Part shown: positions 9,327-18,800 of the stretch, piece after piece
How positions within the stretch are numbered: position 1 is the first letter of the stretch
How the letters are laid out: every line of letters begins with the position of its first letter
Source: Acidimicrobiia bacterium
Lineage (GTDB): Bacteria; Actinomycetota; Acidimicrobiia; Spongiisociales; ZC4RG35
Length of the DNA: 64,000 nucleotides
Assembly: GCA_050329555.1 (NCBI GenBank)
Contig: JBHJOQ010000025.1
Span: 7-64,006 of the forward strand
Reading direction: 5' to 3'
The notes under the pieces: generated by a model
Databases searched by the model: none
Told to the model about the DNA's origin: nothing
What the model saw: the letters and a program-made list of their open reading frames with translations, nothing else
Position numbers and translations under genes: made by a program

Positions 9327-11435
9327 ATGAGACAATGTCCAGCTATGCGTGGACGCGAAACCACTTTTCTTGCCGACCTGATCTCACCCGAGGACCTGGC
9401 GGTCGAAGCCGTGGTGAATCGCTACCAGCGGGTTGCCCCCGCAGTTACTCGCTTTGCCCGCAGCCTGGCGAAGAACCCTGAACTCCGGGTCCGCCTCGGC
9501 TCGGAGCCGGCGGCTTCAGACGACGAGGTGGTCTGTGACCCGCGGATCTTCCAGGCTGCCTACCACCGCAACGCCCCGGTGACGCCCGACGAGGTAGCTC
9601 TCGCGTCGGCTCTCCACGAGGTGGTCCACCTGGTTTCGACCCGCCTCGATGAGCCCCGGACCATCCCTGAGGACTGGCCCATCGCGGGCAAGCGCGACCC
9701 TGAAGCAACAACCGACCTTCTCACCGCGCTGGACCGAACCGAGAAACCGGTAGCGGAGGTCCTTTTCTTCACCCTCGAGGATGCCCGTCAGGAGCGACAA
9801 GGTCTTTCGGTCTATCCCGGCGCGCGCTCGGTGCTCGAAGACCTCTACCTCTCCTCCTTCGCCCAAGCCCTGGAACGAAGCGGCGCTCTCAGCCAGTTCG
9901 TGCTCGGCTGTTTCCTGCTCACCGGCGGATACATCGAAAGGGAAAAGCTAGAAAAGCGGCTCGACGCCCGCGCCGCAGTTGCGCTGGACGATGGGACCGA
10001 GCAATGCCTGCAGGCCGCAGAAGCCAACGACCCGTGGGCCGTTGCTGGCCTGGCCCTGGAACTGGAGGCAATCGCACGGGCTAACGGCCTCATCACCGAG
10101 GCTCCCGAAGGGGCCACCAACAGCGCGAAACAGGCTGCTGCCAGGGCCGACGCCGAGCAGGCTGCTCAGGGAGTCGATCAGGTGCGGATGACGTCGCCGA
10201 TCCTCTCCGACTCGGACTCCTACCAGGAGACCCGCCGCGCCGCCGAAGCGCGTTCGGGGATCAGCGACCGAAAAGGCGCCTCGGAGATGGCCAACGACGA
10301 GTCGACCGACCAGTTGCTCCGGATCAGCATGGCCCCCGACATCTACCTCCCCAACGGCCAGGGCGGAAAGCTTCTGGTCACTGCGATCCCTCACACCTTC
10401 TCCAGGCTCGGCAACGAAGGGATGGCAGCGCTGGGTGAGGCGGCGAAGCGCTGGGAGGTCGACCAGCGCCGGGTCAGCGGCGAGCTTTACCCGATGTTCG
10501 CAGCGAACCAGCGGAGGGGGCTTCGCTCGGGATTCGACCAGGGAGATGTGTCCCCTCATTCGGCGCTATTCATCGGGGCGGGCCTCTACCAGCGGGTGTA
10601 CGAGCGCCGCGCCGCCCGCACCCGCCGCAGATACGCCGTTTCGCTGCTGGTCGATGCATCGGCTTCGATGCTGAGCCCGGGCCGGGTGCGGGGCCGGGAG
10701 ACCACGTGGGCGATGCCTTCGGCTTTGCTCGGCGCATGGACGATGGCCCATCTCTGCGATGAGCTCCAGATCGATTTCGAGGTTGCCCTTTTCAATCGGG
10801 GGTTCGCCGCACGTTCCCACGACACCGAGAACTCATACCTTCACAGCAGGGCGAATGCAATCGCCGGATTGAAGCGAACCCAGGGCACCGCCGCCGATCG
10901 ACTGACTTCAACGGTAAACCATTACCTGGTCAAGCCCTTCGACCGCCGCTGGCGCGACTTCGAGCCCGCCCTCGCCGGGCTCTTCTTCACTGCCGCTCAG
11001 CCCCGCAAGGCTGCTGCCTTCGCCCGTCGCGAGCCTGCCAGTTCGCCGCCGGTGTCGATGTTCGAGAAGGCGGCCAACGTCGACGAGTTCAACGTCGTCC
11101 ACGCCGCGGAGCGAATGGCACGCCTCGGAGCACAGGTACGGGTACTCATGGTCCTCGCTGATGGCATGACCCGTGGTTCGGTGGAAAACCTGGCAAGCTC
11201 GGTGAAGGCAGTGGAAAGCGGTGGCACCACCGTCATCGGCATCGGAATCGGCGACCACACCGTCGACGAGGCCTACCAGCGCCACCAGGTGGTCGATGAA
11301 CCACAGCATCTCGCCGCGGCGATGATTCAGGGCACGAAACGAGCCTTACGCAAGAGCCTCTCCACCCAGGGCATGGACACCTGGTGGTTGAGCAGCAGAG
11401 ATTCCAAGCAAACCCAGGAGAGAACAGTTGCCTGA
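9327..11435 (+). CDS. CobT/NorD-like VWA-domain protein with N-terminal HExxH motif
   Basis: 702 aa. C-terminal VWA domain with MIDAS DxSxS (LLVDASASM). N-terminal HEVVH at 9615-9629 followed by FFTLEDARQE. An acidic/Ala-rich linker lies in the middle. The true start may be ATG 9345. Confidence 0.7.
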   Translation: MRQCPAMRGRETTFLADLISPEDLAVEAVVNRYQRVAPAVTRFARSLAKNPELRVRLGSEPAASDDEVVCDPRIFQAAYHRNAPVTPDEVALASALHEVVHLVSTRLDEPRTIPEDWPIAGKRDPEATTDLLTALDRTEKPVAEVLFFTLEDARQERQGLSVYPGARSVLEDLYLSSFAQALERSGALSQFVLGCFLLTGGYIEREKLEKRLDARAAVALDDGTEQCLQAAEANDPWAVAGLALELEAIARANGLITEAPEGATNSAKQAAARADAEQAAQGVDQVRMTSPILSDSDSYQETRRAAEARSGISDRKGASEMANDESTDQLLRISMAPDIYLPNGQGGKLLVTAIPHTFSRLGNEGMAALGEAAKRWEVDQRRVSGELYPMFAANQRRGLRSGFDQGDVSPHSALFIGAGLYQRVYERRAARTRRRYAVSLLVDASASMLSPGRVRGRETTWAMPSALLGAWTMAHLCDELQIDFEVALFNRGFAARSHDTENSYLHSRANAIAGLKRTQGTAADRLTSTVNHYLVKPFDRRWRDFEPALAGLFFTAAQPRKAAAFARREPASSPPVSMFEKAANVDEFNVVHAAERMARLGAQVRVLMVLADGMTRGSVENLASSVKAVESGGTTVIGIGIGDHTVDEAYQRHQVVDEPQHLAAAMIQGTKRALRKSLSTQGMDTWWLSSRDSKQTQERTVA

Positions 11436-12423
11436 AAAAGTCACATTCAGCGATCCGGCCGGCGAAGGACCGGAGATCACCCTGAAAAAGTTCGAGCTGC
11501 CGAAGAGCACCCCAGACTTCGATGAGCGGAACCGGAAGATCCCCACTCCCGACCCGCACTATGTCGACCTCGGGATGCTCTACCGCTTCGCCCAACTCGA
11601 ACAAGCCCGCCAGGGCACCAAGGGCAAGGGCTTCGTCCCCCTTCATGTAGCGGTGCGCGGCCACATGGGGACCGGCAAGGACCATGACATCGAGCAGTTC
11701 GCCGCGGCGATGGGACTCCCCTACTTCCGGGTTCCCCTGACCGGCGAGGTCCGCGACGTGACCCTGCTCGGATCGACCCGCCTGCACGGCGATGGCAAAG
11801 GCGGTACCGAGTCGCGCTGGGAGGATGGGGATATCACCCGTGCGCTGCGGGGGCCGGCCCTGCTCAACCTCTCCGAGCTGAACGCCGCCGGAGCAGAGAC
11901 TCTCTTCGCCCTCCACGGTCTTCTCGACCGCTACGCGGCAATCGACCTGCCCAACGGGGACTATGTGCCTCTGCGCGACGATGTCAGGATCTTCGGGACG
12001 ATGAACCCCACCGACCTCCGCGACTACGCCGGGACCCAGACCCTGAACAAGGCCTTCGCCGACCGGTGGGTCATCTGGGAGAAGTCGTTCCCCGGGTCGG
12101 AGCAGATCAGCTCGATGCTCAATCGCCGTTACCCGGCGCTGGGGGACGAATATGTCGAAGCAATCTCAAGGCTTGCCACCGAAGTCAACGCCTCCTTCGA
12201 GGCCAACGACTCTGCGGTGCGAGTCGAGACGCCGGTGTCACTGCGCTCCGTGCTCGACCGCCTGCCCACCGGCCTCATCATCTACTCAGACCGCACCGAT
12301 CCGCTGCGGAAAGCCTGGGAGGAGTTCGTCCTCCCCCACGTCGACAGGTTCGACCGTGACCACTACGAGACGGTCTGGAACGCCGTTGTCCGCAATGGTC
12401 CTTCGGTCAAGCCGTTCCAATAG
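11428..12423 (+). CDS. CobS-like AAA+ (AAA_5/MoxR-type) ATPase with atypical Walker motifs
   Basis: 331 aa. GHMGTGKDHDIEQFAAAMGLPYFRV aligns with the CobS P-loop region as I remember it (GTGKSTHIEQVAARLNWP). RIFGTMNP is the sensor-1 region. Overlaps the upstream gene by 8 nt. Confidence 0.75.
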   Translation: MPEKVTFSDPAGEGPEITLKKFELPKSTPDFDERNRKIPTPDPHYVDLGMLYRFAQLEQARQGTKGKGFVPLHVAVRGHMGTGKDHDIEQFAAAMGLPYFRVPLTGEVRDVTLLGSTRLHGDGKGGTESRWEDGDITRALRGPALLNLSELNAAGAETLFALHGLLDRYAAIDLPNGDYVPLRDDVRIFGTMNPTDLRDYAGTQTLNKAFADRWVIWEKSFPGSEQISSMLNRRYPALGDEYVEAISRLATEVNASFEANDSAVRVETPVSLRSVLDRLPTGLIIYSDRTDPLRKAWEEFVLPHVDRFDRDHYETVWNAVVRNGPSVKPFQ

Positions 12424-12438
12424 CATTACGGTTCACCC

Positions 12439-13521
12439 ATGGCCTACGACCTCGGCAACCCCGAACTCGACAAAGCCATCGCCGATCTTGTCGCTGCTGC
12501 GTCGGACAACGACGATGCCGACCTCGTCATGGAGATGATCACCACCGTCGTCAAACTGCACCGGGACAACGGCAACAGGGGCGATCTGAAACTGATCAAC
12601 ACCGCTCTCAAGGAGATGCGCTATTCGAATCTGGTCTTCTCCCGCCACGAGGAGCCGAAAGTGACCATCTACGGGTCGGCCCGGCTCCTCGAAGACGACC
12701 CTGACTATCAGGTCACGATGCGGTTCGGCAAAGAAATGGCCGGCCGGGGCTGGGGGGTTATCACCGGAGCCGGTCCGGGTGTCATGGAGGCAGGCAACCG
12801 CGGTGCCGGCATCGAGAACTCCTACGGGGTCAATATCCGGCTGCCGTTCGAGGCGAGCTCCAACAAGTACATCGACCCTGAGCGCAACGTCAATTTCAAA
12901 TACTTCTTCACCAGGAAACTCGGGTTCGTCAAGGAATCACACGCGTTTGTGATCCTCCCCGGCGGCTTCGGCACCCTTGACGAGGCGTTCGAGCTGCTGA
13001 CTCTGGTCCAGACCGGCAAGAGCGACCTTCACCCGATTGTTCTCCTCGAATCGTCAGAATCCCGGTACTGGGAACCGATCCTCGATTTCGCCCGGTCGGT
13101 CCTGATCAGGAGGAAGTTCATTTCGGAGTCTGACCTTTCCCTGCTCTTCCATACCAACGACCCCGAGGAAGCGGCTCATCACATCGAGCACTTCTACGCC
13201 AACTACCACTCCCAGCGCTACCACTCCGGAAAGCTGATCCTCAGGATCCATACCCTCCCTGACCAAGCGGTGCTCGATGAGTTGGATCGGGAGTTCTCCG
13301 ACATCGTCGTCGACGGAACCATGGAGATCATCGGCCCCACCGAGGCCGAGATCGCAGACGATGACGCTCTCGACTGTAAGCGGATCACTTTCCTCTTCGA
13401 CCGGCGCCACTTCGGGCGGCTCCGCCAGTTGATCGACAGGCTCAATGATCTCGTTGCCGACGCCAAAGTCACCAAGCCTGCACCCGTATTCAGCGAGGAA
13501 CACGCCGAACGACCCTGGTAA
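12439..13521 (+). CDS. LOG / TIGR00730 family Rossmann-fold nucleotide N-glycosidase-like protein (long form)
   Basis: 360 aa. Has GAGPGVMEA and PGGFGTLDE LOG motifs plus about 70-aa N-terminal and about 130-aa C-terminal extensions. Starts 15 nt after the AAA+ gene. Confidence 0.8.
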   Translation: MAYDLGNPELDKAIADLVAAASDNDDADLVMEMITTVVKLHRDNGNRGDLKLINTALKEMRYSNLVFSRHEEPKVTIYGSARLLEDDPDYQVTMRFGKEMAGRGWGVITGAGPGVMEAGNRGAGIENSYGVNIRLPFEASSNKYIDPERNVNFKYFFTRKLGFVKESHAFVILPGGFGTLDEAFELLTLVQTGKSDLHPIVLLESSESRYWEPILDFARSVLIRRKFISESDLSLLFHTNDPEEAAHHIEHFYANYHSQRYHSGKLILRIHTLPDQAVLDELDREFSDIVVDGTMEIIGPTEAEIADDDALDCKRITFLFDRRHFGRLRQLIDRLNDLVADAKVTKPAPVFSEEHAERPW

Positions 13522-13568
13522 CCACCGCGCCTTGGTCTTAAATCCGCCCGAACGGCTAGAATTGGCAG

Positions 13569-14300
13569 GTGCGCGACATCCTTTCCGACCTCGTAGCCGA
13601 ACAGCAGTTCCTCGATCAGTCCCTGCAACGGATTCCGATCAAAATCTGGGACTATGAGACACCGTCCAAACCGTGGACGGTCCGTGACACCATCTCCCAC
13701 CTCGCCGATTTTGAAGAGCTTGCAGCCGACGTGATCGCCGGTGGCGACACCATCAAGCAATGGCAAACCGCAGCCGACCTCGACTCACTGCGCAAGAAGG
13801 CAATCACCAAAGGTCGGAAGATGCGGCCCCAGGACGTCATCGAATGGTGGCGCGGAGGCAGGGCCAAAGTTGTCGAGCCCCTCTCGCACATGGATGGCGA
13901 AGACCGTATCGAATGGATCGACGGCGACATGAGCGCTCGGACCTTCGCCACGTTCCGCTTGATGGAGACCTGGGCGCATGGCCTGGACATCTACAAGACT
14001 CTTGGCCTCGAAGTGGAGGACACCCCGCGTATCCGCCACATCTGCTGGCTGGGATGGAAGACCCTTCCCTATGCATTCAAGGACCACGGACTCGATTACG
14101 AGCCGGTCCGGATCGAGTTGATCGGCCCCGGATACTCGAGATGGATCTACGGTCCCGAAGACGCCACCAACCGGATCAAAGGCTCCGCCTCGGACTGGGC
14201 ACGGATCGCAGTCCGGCGTATCGAGCCGAATGAGACCCGGCTCAAGGTGACAGGCGACGCAGCCGAAGCCGCGCTCAAGGTCGCCAAAGCGTTTCTGTGA
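13569..14300 (+). CDS. DinB/mycothiol maleylpyruvate-isomerase-N-like protein (TIGR03084-like)
   Basis: 243 aa with a GTG start. The N-terminal pattern ...WTVRDTISHLADFEE... is typical of the DinB-fold metal-binding family. Subfamily call is from memory. Confidence 0.6.
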   Translation: MRDILSDLVAEQQFLDQSLQRIPIKIWDYETPSKPWTVRDTISHLADFEELAADVIAGGDTIKQWQTAADLDSLRKKAITKGRKMRPQDVIEWWRGGRAKVVEPLSHMDGEDRIEWIDGDMSARTFATFRLMETWAHGLDIYKTLGLEVEDTPRIRHICWLGWKTLPYAFKDHGLDYEPVRIELIGPGYSRWIYGPEDATNRIKGSASDWARIAVRRIEPNETRLKVTGDAAEAALKVAKAFL

Positions 14301-15088
14301 GCTCGATTCCCCACCTGGTGGGGATGATCCACCTCGGGCCGCTTCCAGGGTCACCGGGTTTCGAGGGGTCGATCGACAGTGTGCTCGGTATCGCCCTCGA
14401 CGACGCAGCGAAGCTGAGCGAGGCCGGATTTCCCGCCCTCATGGTGGAGAACTTCGGGGACGCACCGTTCTTTCCCGACTCGGTCCCACCGGAGACAGTC
14501 GCGGCACTGACCCGGGCGGTTGACGCGATAACGATGGCCACGGGCCTACCCATTGGCGTGAACGTGCTCCGCAATGATGCCATGTCTGCCCTCGCCATCG
14601 CTGCAGTGACCGGCGCCGCCATGATCCGGGTCAATGTCTACACCGGGATGATGTACACCGACCAGGGCCCGATTGTGGGCCGGGCCGCTGAGCTCCTTCG
14701 CAAACGCGCCCAACTCGGCGCCAGCGCCGAGGTTTGGGCCGACATTCTGGTGAAGCACGCCACACCACCGCCCGGTTTCGACGTCCGCCAGTCGGCCGAG
14801 GACACCGTCAGGCGAGGCCACGCCGATGCGGTCATCATCTCGGGGGCCGGGACCGGGTCGTCACCGGACCTCGATCGTCTCAAGAGCGTTCGTGATGCGA
14901 TTGGGCGGGAGGCGCGGCTGGTGGTCGGCTCCGGTGCAACTCCCGACAACCTCGACGAACTGCGCGCCGTGGCTGACACGGTAATCGTCGGCTCCTACAC
15001 CAAGCGAGATGGAGTCGCCACCAACCCCGTCGACCCCAGGCGAGCCCAAGAGATGGTGGAGGCAGCTCGCGTTTTTGGGTTGCTCTAA
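14297..15088 (+). CDS. BtpA/SgcQ family TIM-barrel protein
   Basis: 263 aa. The N-terminus HLVGMIHLGPLPGSPGF and the overall pattern are typical of BtpA. GTGA overlap with the upstream gene. Confidence 0.75.
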   Translation: MSSIPHLVGMIHLGPLPGSPGFEGSIDSVLGIALDDAAKLSEAGFPALMVENFGDAPFFPDSVPPETVAALTRAVDAITMATGLPIGVNVLRNDAMSALAIAAVTGAAMIRVNVYTGMMYTDQGPIVGRAAELLRKRAQLGASAEVWADILVKHATPPPGFDVRQSAEDTVRRGHADAVIISGAGTGSSPDLDRLKSVRDAIGREARLVVGSGATPDNLDELRAVADTVIVGSYTKRDGVATNPVDPRRAQEMVEAARVFGLL

Positions 15089-15255
15089 GGCCCAACCCCC
15101 GTCCGGATTCAAGCTTTTCACAGGAGATCCCGACAACGCTTTGCTCGCGGTAAACGCAGGCGGGATGGGCCTAAAGGCCCATGTCCCCCCAATTGGGGCG
15201 GACGGCCCATGTAAATCCGGCTTAGATAAGGGCAGACTTTTCCACAGGTAACCCA

Positions 15256-15831
15256 ATGAGAGAAACCCCGAGCGACATCCTGATCGAGGTCATGCAAGAT
15301 GTGATCGAAGATCTCCACGGCCATGTGCACCGCGTCTCCGACCTCGCCGTCGACCTCGGCACCGGCCTCGGCCTCAAGGCTGACGATCTCGATTGTCTCG
15401 CTCTCGCAGGAGTTCTCCACGACGTCGGCAAGATCCACATGGACCCCATGATCCTCGGCAAGCCCGGGCCCCTCGACTCCGATGAGAAGGATCTGATGCA
15501 GCGCCACCCCGAGCTCGGATTCGCCATGACCCGCAACCGCCTCGACACCAGGGTCTCGGAAGCAATTCTCTACCACCACGAACGTTTCGACGGCAAGGGC
15601 TACCCGTTCGGCCTCACCGGCTCGGCGATCCCGATCCTCTCCCGAATTGTACTGGTGGCGGATGCCTTCGACGCCATGACCTCCTCCCGGGCCTATCAGC
15701 CTGCCCTGCCGATCGATTTCGCCATATCCGAGATCCTCCGCAACGCCGGAACCCAATTCGACCCTGCAGTCGTCGATATCTTCCTCGAACTGGCGAATGT
15801 GAACCGCCTCCCCCTCGCCGCTTCAGCCTGA
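15256..15831 (+). CDS. stand-alone HD-GYP domain phosphodiesterase
   Basis: 191 aa with HDVGKI and HHERFDGKGYP motifs. Confidence 0.85.
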   Translation: MRETPSDILIEVMQDVIEDLHGHVHRVSDLAVDLGTGLGLKADDLDCLALAGVLHDVGKIHMDPMILGKPGPLDSDEKDLMQRHPELGFAMTRNRLDTRVSEAILYHHERFDGKGYPFGLTGSAIPILSRIVLVADAFDAMTSSRAYQPALPIDFAISEILRNAGTQFDPAVVDIFLELANVNRLPLAASA

Positions 15832-15834
15832 AAC

Positions 15835-15857
15835 TTGTCACCCACTCCTGATACCTT
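15835..15857 (+). promoter_or_regulatory. RecA-NDp-like (PafBC-type) DNA-damage promoter motif upstream of lhr
   Basis: TTGTCAccc-N8-TAccTT fits the remembered consensus tTGTCRgtg-N8-TAnnnT. The -10 ends 6 nt before the lhr GTG (15864), which implies a leaderless mRNA. Confidence 0.45.
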
Positions 15858-15863
15858 CAGGGT

Positions 15864-18800
15864 GTGGACTCGCTGAAGAACTTCACCGCCGCAACCCGCT
15901 CCTGGTTCGACGCATCCTTCCAGGCGCCGACACCGGCCCAGACCCTGGGCTGGCCCGCTATCGCATCGGGCGAGAACACGCTGATTCATGCCCCCACCGG
16001 TTCGGGAAAGACCCTTGCCGCCTTTCTCTGGACCCTCGATCGACTGCTCTCCGAGCCTGAGCCGGAGCCCGACAAGCGGTGCCGGGTCCTCTACATCTCC
16101 CCGCTCAAGGCCCTCGCCCACGACGTCGAGCGAAACCTCCGGGCTCCGCTGACCGGGATCCGCCATGCCGCCCAGCGGCTCGGGGGAGAGCCTCTTCCCG
16201 AGCTGGCCACATTCCTCAGGACCGGTGACACCCCGCAGGAAGACCGGAGGCGTATGCAAAAACACCCGCCCGACATCCTGATCACCACCCCCGAGTCGCT
16301 CTATCTGATGCTCACTTCAGCAGTCCGCTCCACCCTGAGCAGTGTCCGGTGGGTGATAGTCGACGAGGTACACGCTGTTGCAGCATCCAAGCGCGGGGCA
16401 CACCTGGCGCTCTCTCTGGAGCGGCTCGAAGAGCTGACCGATGCCCCACCGCAACGGATCGGGCTCTCTGCGACCCAGCGTCCTCTGGACACAATCGCCC
16501 GCTTCCTTGGCGGCGGGACCATGGTCGACAACACATGGACCCCCCGACCGGTCCGCATCATCGACGTACCCAACGACCGCGGTTTGGACATCGAGATCGT
16601 CGTGCCCGTCGAAGACATGGCGGCCCCCATCTCCGTCGACCCTCTCGACCCTGAAGCCATCCCGACGCGATCGATCTGGCCCGCGGTGTACCCGGCGTTG
16701 CTCGAACAGATCAGGGAGCATCAGTCGACGATCGTCTTCGCCAACTCGAGGAGGCTTGCCGAGCGCACCTGTTCGGAGCTCAACCGGCTGGCCGGGGAGG
16801 AAATCGCACGGGCCCACCACGGCTCCGTCGCCCGGGAACAACGCCTCGAAATCGAGGAAGGACTGAAGAACGGGACCCTGAAGGCGGTGGTGGCAACTTC
16901 GTCCCTGGAACTCGGTATCGACATGGGTGCGGTAGACCTCGTCCTCCAGATCGAATCCCCAGGGTCGGTCGCCTCCGGGCTGCAGCGGGTCGGCAGGTCC
17001 CGCCACCAGGTGGGCCGGGAGTCGAAGGCAAGGATCTACCCCAAATATCGCGGCGACCTGCTCGTGGCGACGGTGGTGGCCGGAGAGATGGTCAAGGGCA
17101 ATGTCGAGCCGACCAAGATCCCCGAAAACCCCCTCGATGTCCTCAGCCAGCAAATCGTCGCCGTCACGGTCATCGACGACCTCGACGTCGACGCCCTCTT
17201 CGACATGGTGCGGCGGGCGACTCCCTTCCGGGACCTATCCCGCGCCGTATTTGAGGCAACACTGGACATGCTCGCCGGCCGCTACCCCTCGGACCTCTTC
17301 GCAGAGTTGCGCCCACGGATCAACTGGGACCGGGTTGGGGGCAAGCTGAGTGCAAGGCCGGGAGCACGACAGCTGGCAGTGACGAACGCCGGAACCATCC
17401 CCGACCGCGGCCTCTTCCGGGTCGCCCTGCCCGATGGCAGCCGCGTCGGCGAACTCGACGAGGAGATGGTCTATGAATCGCGCGAAGGCGACACCTTCCT
17501 GCTCGGGTCCACAGCATGGCGGATCACCGAGATCGACCACGACCGTGTGACAGTGGTGCCGGCGCCGGCTGACGGCTCGCACAAGATGCCGTTCTGGCAT
17601 GGCGACATGCTGGGAAGGCCCCTGGAGACCGGCCGTGCCGTGGGCCGGTTCATTCGCGAGATCGGCGATATGGGCCACGACGAGGCAAGGGCCACTCTGC
17701 GCGCAGACTTCAACCTCGACGACTTCGCCGCCGGCAATCTCGTCAGCTATCTCGCCGACGAACTCGAAGCTACCGGTCACCTGCCCGGTGACAACAAGAT
17801 CGTCGTCGAGCGGTTCCAGGACGAGATCGGCGACTGGAGAGTTGTCATGCTGTCGCCGTTCGGGGCCCGGGTCCACGCCCCCTGGGCGATGGCCCTCCGG
17901 CACAAGCTGCGGCAGCGGTTCGGCTCCGACGTCGACATGATCTGGACCGACGATGGCATCGCAGTTCGATTCCCCGATAGCGACGACGTGCCGGTGGCCG
18001 ACGAACTCATCCTCGATCCCGATGAGGTCGAGTCGATACTCATCGAGCACCTCGGCGACACTGCGTTGTTCGGGGCCCGGTTCCGGGAGGCGGCAGGAAG
18101 GTCGCTGCTTCTCCCCAGGCGCCGGCCCGGCGAGAGGACCCCGCTGTGGCTGCAGCGCCGCAAGGCTTCCGACCTGCTCGGTGTCGCCAACCAGTTCGGA
18201 TCCTTCCCTATCGTCCTCGAGACCTACCGAGAGGTTCTGCGCGACGATTTCGACCTGCCTGCCCTCCAGGAGATCCTCCGCGACATCCGCTCCCGCAAGA
18301 TCCGCCTCGTCGAGGTCGACCTGCACAGCCCTTCGCCGTTCGCCACCTCCCTCCTCTTCTCCTTCGTGGCCGCATATCTGTACGAGTCCGATGCCCCTAT
18401 CGCTGAGCGTCGGGCCACCGCACTGACTCTCGACCGTGGTCTCCTCCGGGAATTGTTGGGTGACAGCGAGCTTCGCGAGCTGATCGACCCCGAGGTGGTG
18501 GGAGCGATCGAGCTCGAGCTCCAGCATCTCACCGAGCAGCGAACCGCCCGGCATGCCGACGCGGTCCACGACCTGCTCCGCGACCTGGGCCCGATGACGC
18601 GCGACGACGTTCTCATCAGGTCCGGTGAGACCGGCCCCGCTGATATCGAATACCTCATGGAAAACAAACGTGTCTTCGAGGTGACAATCGGAGGAGAGGC
18701 CCGTCTTGCAGCAGCCGAGGACATGGCGCGGCTGCGGGATGCGATCGGCGTCCAGCCTCCCCCCGGGGTCCCCCACATCTTCCTCGAGCCAGTCCCCGAT

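Noticed and set aside
15089-15255. Possible c-di-GMP riboswitch in front of the HD-GYP gene
   Set aside because: I could not find the GEMM-I/II core sequences (for example GGCAAAC ... GACGCAAAGCC). Only generic hairpins are present.
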